From Yuukianura sp. NJ FZ-2021 (taxonomy: Eukaryota): a stretch of DNA of 64,000 nt. The stretch lies in NCBI GenBank assembly GCA_046563655.1, contig CM102286.1, forward strand, positions 6,758,001 through 6,822,000, read 5' to 3'. Of the stretch, positions 13,452 through 26,262 are shown piece by piece. The translations under genes were made by a program, and so were the position numbers. The notes below the pieces were generated by a model. That model was not told the origin of the DNA. It did not search any database and was given only the letters and a program-made list of their open reading frames with translations. Position 1 is the stretch's first letter. The number at the start of each line of letters is the position of its first letter.

Positions 13452-14528
13452 CATATATCCCAGCTTCTTCTGGATTCTCTTTAAACTCTATCAAAGAAGA
13501 TCAAAAGGTTAAAACAAACAGCCCATCTTCTGATCAAATACCAAAAGCAAATGGATCTACTAAACTAATTAAGGACAGATAATCTAATTTTGCAAACCTG
13601 ACATTGAGAGTAACCTTAAATTAAATCTATTATTACATACTGTAAGCAAGCTGAACTTTTGTGTATGGCGTTCAGCCAAGAACGAAGCCAAATCTCTGTT
13701 TTTCTACTGTGTACTAATAGAAAGTAAACTGTAAAGGAATCTCCTTACGTCTTGAATGCGGCTGTGGAACAGTTCTAAACTGTCGAAAACTATAATGCAC
13801 CAATGTGAAAAGGCTTTTAAACCCAACAAAATGGCATCAAGTTTTGTCTGTCGCCTATTAGAATACGTGGTTAAAATATACATTAGGTGTTAGGGACTAC
13901 TAAGTTTAAACTAGCTATACGACTCAGTAATAGTTTTCATCGACAGTCGTTTCAACAATGAGTATTACTTTCTTTTCAATCCACAATCGTTCAGTTATGC
14001 GTTTTTTTACGTTAAGAAGCTAGGATGTATTCTACTACAACTGAAAGCCGTTGGGTAATTACTGCAAGGACTTCAGGACTTATTTAAAATTGTGTTAAAT
14101 CTCCTACTGTGATCTCATGTTTCTTAAATTCCTGAATTTAGTACTTACGAATAGTTAAAAACTTTTGTATATCCTTGGACCCAAACATCCACGTTAAATT
14201 GCTGATTAAATAAAAAATAATTTCCACGTGTAGCTAAAAGTTGCCCTTCCTCACTATAGTACGCGAGCTTAATTAGTGCATATAAAATGATGTAATTATT
14301 GACGAATGGCAACAAACAATTCTAGAGGTTGTCTGTAGTTTATCTTCTTCTTTTTACAATGAATTCGTGCAAGCACGACTTTAATTTTTCAATCGATTAA
14401 CGAGAATTTTTGTTTTTATCTATTCCAGGCAATGCCTTTACAATTACTAGAATTTTTATGAACGGTGTTCAACTCACTGTTAATCAGTAACTACTTGAAG
14501 GGCTTCGTATTCATCTTCATGTTCACGT

Positions 14529-15142
14529 TTAGTGCTCGTGATCAAGGTAGTGAGTTTCCAGCAACTCCTTGCGACGAATTTCCTTCCACTTAGCCTTGTT
14601 TTCAGGCGTATTCACTGAAAATAACATTGCGCAATGTAATAATTATCTTCTATATAAATCAAGTGATGTAAGTGTATATAAATCGTTACTGCGTACCTAG
14701 ACCATTGATTTTGTGGAAGAGGAGGCCAGTGACGCCAACTCCAAACAGAATATATCTGAAGATCCAATTATTTTGAAAATAAAACTTGTACGGAAACATT
14801 GCAACCTGAGCACCCATTGTGTATGGGAATTTCATCAGACGAGGGTTTCCTTTCGTCGGCTCGAACACCTTCTTTCTGTGAACAGAATAAACAAAATTTT
14901 TATGATTTTATTGAGATTAATAAGCTGCGGTGTAATTGAAGTACGAAGAACTAAACTCGTCATTCGGACTTTAGGGTAGGAAAGGAAAACATGTTTTCTA
15001 AACATGATATGATAGCAGGTCTACGTCCAGGTTCGATCTGCTAAATGTACCGCTGGGACTGCGAATAACTTAACTCATCGAAGTCGAATTGCGTAATTTA
15101 CGCTTTCAGTGTCGGTTCGACACTGTCGAACAGGATGGTCAT
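14529..15142 (-). CDS. Small single-TM protein resembling Drosophila CG30415/roh
   Basis: Exons 15142-15102 (tentative, MTILFDSVEPTLKA), 14875-14697, 14614-14529. Core MKFPYTMGAQVAMFPYKFYFQNNWIFRY...KINGLVNTPENKAKW resembles the recalled CG30415 family pattern (M.YPYT..AKIAQFP...Y....W.WRYY...NSPEN...W), with a His-rich end. Confidence 0.75.
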
Positions 15143-17426
15143 TTTTTTTTACCAAGCAAGAACAACATAAACTGAACCTGAACTTGGTATATCTTAAACA
15201 AAGCCAATACGCCACCGAATAGTCACTGAAATCGAATTATCCAGCAAGTCAACATGCGCACAGTAACAAGCTGTACTCTGTTACGTACGGCTGCGGTAGC
15301 TACTGATTATTTTATTCATTTTAGGGCGATTATAAAATGAGACATCCTCCGGTCAGCAGGCTATTTCCCAAAACGACTGATGAGCTGAATGGAACCTTTA
15401 CAATATTTCAACGCAAACGAATAAAGTGATTACAAATTACTTACAAAGTGTTAATCGTGTCCATTTCTGCGAATCCAAGTTGACCTCCTGCTTCCGAAAA
15501 CCGTGAAGGGTTCAAACTCCGTAGTTCGAACCGTGCCCCACTCTCCACTACTAGAGCTCACTCAGTATCGAGATGTGTAATAAAATCCAGATTCTGGTGC
15601 ATTACGCTTTATGTGCACTAATTGTATCCCAAGGTCATGGTGTGCTTTCCGCTTTATAAATCAAGTGGAAAAATCAAACACGCTAATCCACACTGTATCT
15701 TACACCAGCAGGTCACCGTAGGTCACCTTCGTAGCCGAATTTAACCTAAATGGTACAATGAAACTGGGATGTTTGGGTTGACACTCCGGAATACGCTACT
15801 GACTAATGGTGGTTGCACTTGTCGCCATAAACCTTACGGCAACCACGGATTCAGAAGGAAACCTGGGTTGACGTCAAGCTGGTCCCCATATATTTTACAA
15901 TCGATGCAAAAAATCGTTTACTAAGTCAGTATATCAAGCGTCTATGTGCCTACTTAACAAACCCTAACCTTGGAGTACAAATTTTGGAATACATATTTGA
16001 ATTTGCAGCCTAGGGTATGCTGGGAATAAGTTGATACCGCTGAATGATACAATAAATGGTTGTACATTTTATGCCAACCATGGCCTGCACTGAGATTGAA
16101 GTAAGGACACTGTACCTCCATGGTCTCATCTCAGTCCCATTGCACCTATTGCAATTGTTGTGATAGGAAACATCAAAACAACCAATTGAAAATTTTAAGG
16201 TCAGATTGGGCTAAAATATGCTTAGTACTTTTAAAAGTCAAAATTTATTTATTACAGTTGCAGTCAAACAATGATGAGTACATTATGTACATCTTGCTCA
16301 ATCTTTAGGATTTGGCTTTTGCGCACTAAAAATGTAGTACATGTAAATGTACTGGCGGAGAACAAGTTGGCTTAATCGCAGCTTCTGCGATGTACGACCA
16401 AATTCCTGTATCCTTTCTTATGGCGAGGATCTACCCAGCAAATTCGATGAGTCTAATAAGCTATGGGAAATGGGATAGTATTTTTCAGTGTTTGGCATTT
16501 CATGAATGCACAATATTCTGCGCGCAAGAAACCGGACAAGGCGAATTTCGGAACACTTGTATGCCATTTACGTGGAATAGTCTCTCCCTGCTTTTTGTTT
16601 ATCCGCAAACAAGAGTCTGACTGAAAGTCGGACTGCAGATTGATTGGCAGCTGTTGGACTCATTGGAATCTGCACAGTCCGACATCTGACTATTAGCCAG
16701 ACCCACTTTTAAAGTTGTGTTTTTACTAAAAGTATTTATCCTAAAATTCTTAACAACATTGAGGTACCATTGGAAGAGGAGTGGGTATGATTGGAACACA
16801 CTGGGATTTCCTTCACGTTTACCTAAACATTTGGACTCAATGCTAAAACATTGGGATTCCATGAGCCTCTGGATTGTCGGAATCTACAAAATTGAAAGCA
16901 TTGGTTGACGTGGTACTAGGAATATCGGTCGGTACCCTGCCCGGGCCGGACAAACAATTTAAAATACATTATGTCTGCAATACTGTTACGAGGCTTCAAT
17001 TTATTATCTCCTAAAGCTAAACTCCCGACATCGTTTGTAGGCAACAGTAAGTTGATTATTTGAGTTGAGTAACATCTCTCTTCTGATCATATGCAAAATA
17101 GTAGGCAATAATAGTAGTTACTGATCTTTTACTCAAGGTTGCTATAGCAACCAATTGTATTGCTACAAGAGGTTGTCCAGTAACTCGGGGTTTGCAAAAA
17201 TCTTCCTGTAAACAAATTTTTCCGCCAAGTTTCCCCCAATTCCTACTAAGTTACATACAAATCATTACCATAGAAAGACACGGCGACGCAAATTTTGGAA
17301 ATTATTTGAGAAAATTAAAACCGTGGAGTTACTGGACAACCTCTTGTAGATTAAACAATTTGTTTGTTTGTTTACCCACCTTGTCTTTTACTGTTTAGCA
17401 ATGAGTGGAAATATTGTGAATTCTAG

Positions 17427-19472
17427 GTGGCAATTCCGTAATACTGCGAGATTTACTTTGCAATAATACGCAACCCTTCAGTCATGCCCGTCTACTTTCT
17501 ACCGATCGGGGTATCAAGTTTTCACAGAACTGTCTGCTCTCAACAAGACTCCCAAGCAAAGGAAATGCTTATGACCATAGTTGGAATCTACTATGTGTCA
17601 ATGGATCGAGCTGCTTTCATGTGCAACGTCGAAACACTAGTTTCTTTAATAAAGGTAATGACTAAAGCGTGTTTAGATGGAGTCTCCAAAAGAATCTAAG
17701 AAAATCTTGAACAACTCTACAAAAGATGCGGATGCCTGTACTCATAGTTTGTAACCTAACGATACTGTAACTGATATTTTTCTTTATAATATTTTAGTAA
17801 CTGCTGCTCAACTCTGGAAAGGTGTGACAAGTGTAAGCAACGCTGGAAGGAAGAGAGGTCGTGGGAAGGGTGTTGGGCGCAAATTTGCCAAAGACTTGAA
17901 TAGAGGCCAAGTAATTGGAGTTGGTAATGAAAAAGAGGATTCTGTTTCTCGACTTTTTACCTGTCGCATTACTAATTCAAACTAAATGCAGCGGTATTCT
18001 CCTTGGGATTTCAGGGAAAATTAATATCGTATGGCCTGGACTGAACGCTCCAGTTTTACAAGGAAAGGAACTAGTACAACAGAAAGAATTGCCCCCAGAT
18101 GTGGATAGAGAAGCAAAAATATTAAAGATGAGAGATACGATGGGGGTATTCAGATCCCTGAAGTTGAGTCCGCTGGAAAGAGGCTGGTCCGGGACAAGAA
18201 TGCATGGGCGCAGTGTAGGGCCGCCCGAACCAATTGGTTTAGATACATTCGACGGTTTTGACACCAAAATTCTTGAGGTATTTCGAAACTCTCAGAACCT
18301 GACCTGTGACGAAGTGGTGAAAATAGTATATTATAGAATAACCTCTTTTATTCTTTTCCTTGTAGATGAAGAACGTTGTAAGGATGGACGGTAACTATGG
18401 AAGAAAGAAGCGGTTCAGTGTTTTAGCGTTCACAGGAAACAAGAATGGTTTAGCTGGGTTTGCTGTAGCGAAAAACCCCGACGGCCGAGCTGCAATCAAA
18501 CGTGCTAAGAACCGAGCAGGACAGAAACTGCTTTTTATTGAACGTTATAATGATCATACAGGTAAGCTCAAAATTGTTTTGTAATTATGACCATGCATTT
18601 ATGGTTCTAACGTGGTCGCTTATGTATTTAGTGCTTCATGACTTCTTTTGTGCCTTTGGTCAAACGAAAATTTATGTCTACCGAAAGCCCGAAGGATTTG
18701 GTCTGGTTTGCCATCGTGCAATTCGTACAATGTGTGAAGTTATTGGCATTAAGGATCTTTACGCCAAAGTTGAAGGGAGTACTAATCTACAACATATAGT
18801 CAAGGCATTCATGCTCGGCCTTTTGCGTCAGGTAATTTTCAGCAAAATTCGTCCCAACTTCAACTAAAAATGAACAGGCAGCGGATTTATGTTGTTTTGA
18901 TCTACGTTATAGAAACCATATGATGTGATGGCCGAAGATAAGAAGCTGTTTGTGGTTGAGCAACGGGAAGAAAATCAGAACATCCCCATACTTTTAGCTA
19001 CGCCTACAGAAATTAGAACTTCTGGAGAAATCCCGACAAACGAAAACCTGGATTTTAGGACCGTAAGTTATAATTTTCAAAAAGTTATTATAATTATAAA
19101 CAAAGTTTATTTAATTTTCGTCACTTTGGATTTAGTACGGCTTTGATGGAAGGATTGTACTGAAACGTAGAAAATTTGTTCCATTTTACACCAAATTTCC
19201 GTCGTGGGAAAATCATTTGATGAAGACAGAGTTCAAAAGAAACCAAGTTCAGGTGACATACCATGAGGGTTATACATTAAGAAAAGTTTGAGCTAACATT
19301 GGTTGAATTTGAGTTTACTTTTTAGGTTAGAATTAAACTAGCCAATGAGTATGGTGGACGAAGGAGTCATCTAACATCAAAGTTTCCTGAGTGCGATGGT
19401 TTATATCAGGGTCAAATATACAGAAAAAGGAAACGCGAAGCTGCCGCCGCTGCAGAAGCAGAAAATGAATAA
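17427..19472 (+). CDS. mRpS5: Mitochondrial small ribosomal subunit protein uS5m; start exon unresolved
   Basis: Exons 17427-17654, 17798-17923, 18015-18277, 18366-18561, 18632-18831, 18913-19062, 19136-19252, 19326-19472. Motifs: SFFNK.TAAQLWKGVTSVSNAGRKRGRG, IVWPGLNAPV, PLERGWSG, GLVCHRAI..CEVIGIKDLYAKVEGS. Confidence 0.93.
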
Positions 19473-19494
19473 ACCTTGGTACATGATCTGTACG

Positions 19495-20118
19495 TCACTT
19501 GTCTTCGCACCATTCATTTTCTTTGCGGACTTGCTCTTCTTCGGCAGGGGTGAAATCGTTTTTAATGTTAAACGTTTTCCGAATCTCCTCCGGACTTTTA
19601 CCCTTAATCATATTGGCAACGGTTTTGCAAGTTACATCAAGCAAGGCCTTTATGTCAAGGTAATTTGCTGCCTGAAGAAGAAACCAGATACAAAGTTGTG
19701 TTACTCAAGTAAAGAAAGTTAACTTTTAGCGAAACAACTTACGAGGATGATTTCGAAGAGCATTCCTTGATCCACCTTGAGAAAGTCTGCATCCCAACTG
19801 CTCACATCATCAGTGCGTTTCTCTTTGATCTCATCCTCTTCAGGCACAGGCAGATCATCCTGCCAATCAAAGATCGTAATTAGTAAAACGCCGGTGAGTT
19901 ATTGAGAAACATATCATATTAGGTACCTTGTGATGTGCTGCCCATTGGAGAACCTTGTTGAGAATTGCAGAATTGACATTTGCCAAGGGGATCACTTCTT
20001 CGCCATCGTCCATTCCTAGGTCCTCCAACATTGTTCGAATTGTAGCTGAACATCGAATCACTTGCGTGTCCACTGTGAACGTTTCACCATCCGAACTTTC
20101 CAATTTTATTAGAACCAT
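19495..20118 (-). CDS. Skp1: S-phase kinase-associated protein 1 (SCF subunit)
   Basis: Exons 20118-19927, 19859-19743, 19671-19495. [86 protein letters not shown]. Confidence 0.96.
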
Positions 20119-20292
20119 TATTTTTCGTACAAGAAACAGAAACGTTTTTATAATCGTTTAAATTTTTTGTTTTCGTCTCCCGAAATTTATTTTTATGCAA
20201 TTTAAAATTTTTGAGATGCAGCCAAATTTTTCAAGAAGTCTATGTGAGTAAATTTTGTCACGTTTAAGGAGATATTAGAATTGTACCGTGTA

Positions 20293-20362
20293 AGCTAGAT
20301 TTAGACGGAAAGGCAGGGTGTACTATTAATAGTACACCCGGCATTTCCGTCTAAAAATAGCT
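20293..20362. repeat. 70-bp near-perfect palindrome
   Basis: Arms 20293-20327 and 20328-20362 match at 31/35 positions with no spacer; the central GGGTGTACTATTAATAGTACACCC (20316-20339) is a perfect palindrome. Confidence 0.85.
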
Positions 20363-21490
20363 ACCGTAAAACTTCTACTAAACGCCCGGACGTTTAATAA
20401 AAATTTCAACTTCTACCCCCGGCCTCTAATGGGGAACTGGCGCTTGTAAGAGACCGATGTTTGTTGTAAGTTTTGCTGTAACGTATAAGAAGTATAACGT
20501 ATAACCTAACTTTAACGTTAGTGGAAACAGTAGTAGTACCTGACATTTTGTGTTATTACATTAAGCATTACTTCATTAACCAGCCTTATTACCGTATGAT
20601 ATACTGGCTTGAATCACCATTTTATGGCTATGTGACAGCCATAAAATACAGGAGACATACCTATGTCTCCTGCCTGCCCGAAATACGCAGGATCCATGAG
20701 ATCGATTTCAATTCGTGTCACTAATTTAAAATTTTTCGTGAATGCTTATTTTGGCCACGTGATTTTTTTTCATTTCTAAAAACTTTGTTTTGCAATATCG
20801 TCTGGGTATTGTTCTAAAGCCAACTTTCGCTACTTTACTTCCGTATGTGTGTAGTCCCTACCGAAAGATAACCCGGATGTAAGAAACTTATTCCTGATTG
20901 TGGCAAATGTTTTTTTTTTCATATGCAAGCGAATTGCAACTTATACTATATTTTGTAGTCCATGAAGACCAATGATTAGACAACGTCTTGTTGTGTGCGT
21001 GCATACAAAGTTTACCAGTGTTAAAGAGGAATCATTAGTTCATTCTGCCATGTTTGCCAGCCTTCGACTAGCAGAGAGTTTCAGTTAATAGATAATGCAA
21101 AAGGAAATTCATATTTGATTACAGAATTTTATTCGCACTTTGCGCTAATTTGAAATGTAGCAGACGAATTCATTCCCGTTGGAAGCGACAGGGCTAGGTT
21201 TTTCTACAGTTTTATACGAAGGAATTTGGTTAAATGTGGTGCACAGAGATCTACATTTTCAGTTTTCTGCAGTTGTGGATTGCTGTAAATTGTTTCAATT
21301 GCATAAAACAAAAAGGAGTCGTTATCGTAAGTTTTTGCTACTATAAATCGTTGTATAAAATGATGTATTGTGTATCAATATTTGTCAAAGTAAAAATGTT
21401 TTCGTAAAATTTTATAACGCGTTCGCTTACAAATACTTCTATTTAACATTCCCTTGCTTTACACTAGGATTACATAGTTTATAAATGTAG

Positions 21491-22597
21491 GAATCCAAAC
21501 TGACGACGCCAATCAACTGGATCAAAGATTCCATCAATTCCCACAACAAATATCGCTTTGAACATGGTAATTTATTTTCTGTTGTTAGGTTATTGTGTAG
21601 CAAGTTACAGCAATTACAACTTTTGTTATTGCAGGCTCCCAACCTTTAGTGTTCAATGAAAGTGTAAGTTAGTCCACCCTACAACATTTCAAATAGTAAT
21701 ACAAAACGATATTGCTACGATTTCATTTTATATTCTCGTTTTGAACCTAAAGTTGTGTCTGAGTGCTCAATGGACAGCTAATACAATTTTGACGAGTGGA
21801 TTTATGCATACCAGTATGATGGCCGGTGGATACAGCATGAGTTGCGGAGAAAATTTATACAAATCCGCCGGTACGGAACATATTCGGCTGGGACATGAAC
21901 CTGTGGATTCTTGGTATTCTGAGGAAGCTGACTACGACTACGAAAAGGGAGCCGCAAAGACGCTAAACAAACCAGTTGGTAATTAAAAAGTCAAATTTGT
22001 TCCATTTTTAGTTTGAATTTTTGTATGTTACGAACATTTACCCTTAGGGCATTTTACTCAACTGATCTGGAAAGCATCGAAACAAGTCTGCGTCGCGTAC
22101 GCTATGGAAGGAACTAAATTCGTCGTTGTAGCTCACTATTTTCCAAGAGGTACTTAGCTATAGTAGAATTACTATAAAATTGAATTGCTGGAGCAAACCG
22201 ATTTCACTTTTAAAGGGAATGTGAAGAAACGTTACGTCGAGAATATTGGTGTGAGAAAAGTTTCTCCTCCGAAACCAACGCTAAACCCTTGGGTAAATTT
22301 CCTTTTTAGTGTAAACATTGTAATTTTGGTTGTGTTTCCTGCAGTTTAATTATTGTAAAATCCGTATTTTCTAATGTTAATGATTCTTTGTTCCAGATGG
22401 AGATATTTTGCGATAAAGTCCAGGCTAAAGGAAGTAAAACGCGCAGGTTTAAGTGTCATTACAGAGGTCTCTTTAGCCAACTTTCTCCAAAGAGCAAGAT
22501 GTCGCTCAGCCGAAAAGAGACCAAGAAGTTAGTTGACAAGGTTATTTCGAATGATAAACTGTCAGCATTTGTCGAGTTGCCGCCGAGAAACGTCTAA
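21491..22597 (+). CDS. CAP/SCP (GLIPR2/PR-1-like) domain protein; 5' micro-exons unresolved
   Basis: Exons 21491-21566, 21635-21663, 21753-21978, 22048-22149, 22216-22292, 22397-22597. Motifs HNKYR, GENLY, VDSWYSE, GHFTQLIWK (CAP1 signature), VVAHYFPRGN; basic C-terminal extension. Confidence 0.85.
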
Positions 22598-22834
22598 AAG
22601 GAAGCCAAGGAAGGCATGTAACGAGCGCGGAGGATTCCAACAATGTCCTCCGTCAGCAAAACGTTTTAAATATGTTTTATATTTTTTTTATTCATACAAT
22701 GTTTTGGCATAATTTAGTATAGGTAGGAGCGATAGTATGTAAAACTGCATGTTTACCTGTATACGAAGCTAAAAAACATAATGAGTATGCGTATAAACTA
22801 AAGGAAGACGGTTTGTACTGCAATTCAAAGCTTC

Positions 22835-23315
22835 TCACTTTGAACTTTTGCAAGTTGTGTATGGTTGTCCAATATATTTCTCCCAAACACGCTTAGTCAT
22901 AAACACCCGCCAAAAAGCAGAGTACCAGTGACTCCCGGACTGTTTAGCACGTTCCAGGAAAATGTCATCGGCTTCCCACAGTTCTTCAAGGGTGTACATA
23001 TGTGGTTCGGAATAAACGAGATCATGCTCTCGACAGGCCCAGTCCACTTCTGTCAAGGGCCCATGGAGTTTGTCCATCGCAGTCACGTTAGTCCCTGGAC
23101 CACAGTATCTGTGTAGAACAAATGCAATAACATGTTCAATTTAAGTTTCAAACCAAGTTCTAACTATTGGCGGGAAAATTTTAAAATCCAAACCTGGTGC
23201 CATAATAAGTAAATACTAATCCGTGAGTCCAGTCGTAATATATGAATTCTACGGCTGCGTACACGCGCAAGACAGATGTAAAAACTAGAGAAGTGATTAC
23301 GAATGCGAGATTCAT
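22835..23315 (-). CDS. Secreted phospholipase A2 of the parvovirus VP1u/adintovirus type, 131 aa, one intron
   Basis: Exon 1 23315-23194 (MNLAFVITSLVFTSVLRVYAAVEFIYYDWTHGLVFTYYGTR, signal-peptide-like), 85-bp GT-AG intron, exon 2 23108-22835 (YCGPGTNVTAMDKLHGPLTEVDWACREHDLVY...EADDIFLERA). Has a Ca-binding loop YCGPG and a catalytic HD motif. Confidence 0.8.
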
Positions 23316-24201
23316 CACAGATTCTGTTCAAATTCAGCTCAGCGAGAGATGTCGATTGCTGATGTGTTTTACTGGGAGATTTCATTTGACTGTTTGCTTT
23401 CCCGCATCAAACTTTACAAATTATCGTTCTCCCATACAGATAGTGGGACTTTGTACTGGTATCATGTGATGTTATTGTCGATTTACAACAAAGTCACGCG
23501 TTATTTGTCACTTTCTTTGCTATTAGCAATGCGGCATTAAAATTAATAAAATATTGAAATTTGAAAAGTGAAAATTAAAATAAAAACATTCTAAGCCGTT
23601 ATTGTGATCTATCACGCTCAATCCACACTTTGACATTTTACATTTCCGAAATAACACATTTTCTACACAATAAATATTTAAGACAAGCAAATCAACAGAT
23701 GAATGAAATGAGAAGCAATTACATTTCAAACTTTGCACATTTAAAACTTTCCAAGTTCGTGCTTAAGACATAATTTTCTTAGCTTTCTTCATATGCTATT
23801 TCAACTTGACACAACGGCCACTCTTGCATCAGTTTCAGATCTGACGATTTCTTACTCATTTCTAGTTATCAAGTCATAAATTATTGTTGTGTACTTTGAG
23901 ACCATTTTGTACAAAGATACTAAAACTGTACCAAGGAAAAAGCTTTTAGCTCGTCTTGTATTTTCTGCTTGTATTCGTTTTATTGCCCTCGTCGATTTGG
24001 AACCGAATGCGCAGGAGGAAGTCAAATTCATGTAAGAAAGAAGGAAAACCAAGTTCCTTCTACATAGTAATGACACTAGCACGGTGTCATAGTTAAGTTC
24101 ATCAAGCCCAAACACTCCCACAGTGTAGCTTTATTTGTCATTTTTAATTTAAGCGATTTTCGTATTTTATTCATATAATTACAAGTAGAACTTAACATTT
24201 A

Positions 24202-26262
24202 ATGGAAATTAAACCAGTAAAAGAAGTAGAAGACATAGAAAGCAAAAATTGCGAAACCGAAGTATTTTTAGAAAAAGAACAAGGGGACAATGACATTGAA
24301 GAGTACAAAATTCCGTGCGTATTGGTTAATAGGAACGAAATGGACAAAAGTAATGGAAAACTTTCTCCCGTCCTGTTCGTGACCCAGGTCAAACCAGATC
24401 CAAAGAAGGTTGAACGAACAGGATGGAGACGCTACATTGGAATCCTGTTGGGTAATACATTTTTGTAATGGAATCATTTTTTCAAAGCAGCAAGTGCTTT
24501 TGTCTAATTATTTAAATTGTGATGTTAATTTTGGCTTCTTTTTGCAGCTCTGTGGTCCTGTCTATTTTTCAGTCTTTGTATTTTGATTGTCAAATACTTG
24601 AGACACAAAATCGGGCCGGCATCATTCGGTGTTTATCGATTTGCGGGTGTTCTGTTCTCTCTTCCTGTCCTCCTCTATTACCGATTCATCATGAAAGCCA
24701 AAGTTTTCCAACCGATTTGGCCGCTTACTTTGGAACATCCAGATAAAATCAAATCGGCCATTGTGCTTTTGGTAAAGTTTAATGCATTTGTCACCTAAAA
24801 TAATTTAAATGCTTTTTGGAATATTTTGAGCAACCTTTGTATGAATAGATACGAGGGATTGCTGGCGCCAGTGCAATTTTGTTACAATATTATGCAGTTG
24901 GTTACATACCTATTGCAAGTGCCACCACAATCACATTCAGTACACCGATTTTTGTTGGACGTGAGTCATTTTTAATAAACGATTTACTCTTGTGAGTATT
25001 TTTTGAATGTAAATTTATTTCTTTATAAAGTGGCCGCATGGATATTTCTTGGAGAAAAGTGCGGTATTGTTCCAACTTTTGCAGGTTTGTTGTACTTTCG
25101 CATTCTATTTACTGTCAATTCTGATTGCTGAAGATTAATCACAGAGAATTGGCATTATGATTCAAGTTTTGTTTTTAAATGGACACAGCTTTAATAACCT
25201 TGGCGGGTGTGATCGTCACTGCGTGTTTTGTACCTGATGAAAATGGGGAAGCCATAACTTTCAATGATCAGCTTGTAAGAAATAGCTCTTCAAAGTATTG
25301 CCCCTAAAAGCATCAAAGTCAGAAGTTTGTTTTCGCATTATGTATAAAAATTTCGTTTTCAGATTGGTGGTGCTATGGCTTTTGCCTCCATGATTTTTTC
25401 AAGTTCCGTATTCATCATGCTGCGTTACCTGCGACGTCTCCATTTCAGTATTGTCACAACGGCATTCGGTATAGTTGGGCTCATACAATCTGCAGTGCTC
25501 TGTGCTGTGATTGGAAAGTTTGACGTTCCAGATTCGTTGTGGGAATGGTCCTTAGTTATCGCCGTAGCGCTCCTAACACTTCTCAGTCAAACGTTTATGA
25601 CGTGCGCCTTGAAATTTGAAGATGCAGGTTAGTCTATGCAGCCCATAAATTATTAGGAAATTAACAGTTTAACTATTGGGAAAGGTGAAACAATAATGAA
25701 AACGTTCCTCCTTATTTATAAACTCGTCTATTTCTTATTTATCGAAGCACCGAATTGTCATATCTTATTGCTGTTGTGTACAAATTTAACGCAGGGATTA
25801 ATTTTGTGGTTGATTAAACTATTTTCCTAGCTTCGATAGCGTCATGAAGTCACATAACACAAAAATATCAAAAGGCGTTATAGTAGTTGTGGAAAAAAAT
25901 ATAGCAGTTCGATACCCTGTTAGTGACTTTTGTGAACAAAGGATTGACTATTTAAATAGTAACATTTTCTGTTTTGATTTAGGTCCAATTGCCCTGGTTC
26001 GGACAGCAGATGTGGTAAATATTATAATCTCGATTAAAATCTTCAATAGATAGAGTCTTTCACTAAAAATTGGATTTGGTTTTTTCAGGTTTTCTCCTTT
26101 CTTTGGCAGTACATGTTCTTGGGAGTTGATCCAGATATTTTGACAAGCTTGGGAGCACTGATCGTTTGTTTTGGAGTGGCAGTGACGGCCTTCAGGAAGT
26201 ACGTCACTACGCTCCCTCATGAAAATCAAACCAGGAAGACGTTCGCTTTCATGTTAAAATAA
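24202..26262 (+). CDS. SLC35G1-like EamA/DMT transporter
   Basis: Exons 24202-24451, 24548-24771, 24849-24960, 25031-25084, 25189-25274, 25363-25627, 25983-26014, 26089-26262. About ten hydrophobic segments; motifs IRGIAG..YYAVGYIPIASATTITFSTPIFV..AWIFLGEKCG and ALKFEDAGPIALVRTADVVFSFLWQ. Confidence 0.88.

Noticed and set aside
15010..15060. GGTTCGATC B-box-like motif suggesting a tRNA or SINE
   Set aside because: No cloverleaf or A-box could be built around it.
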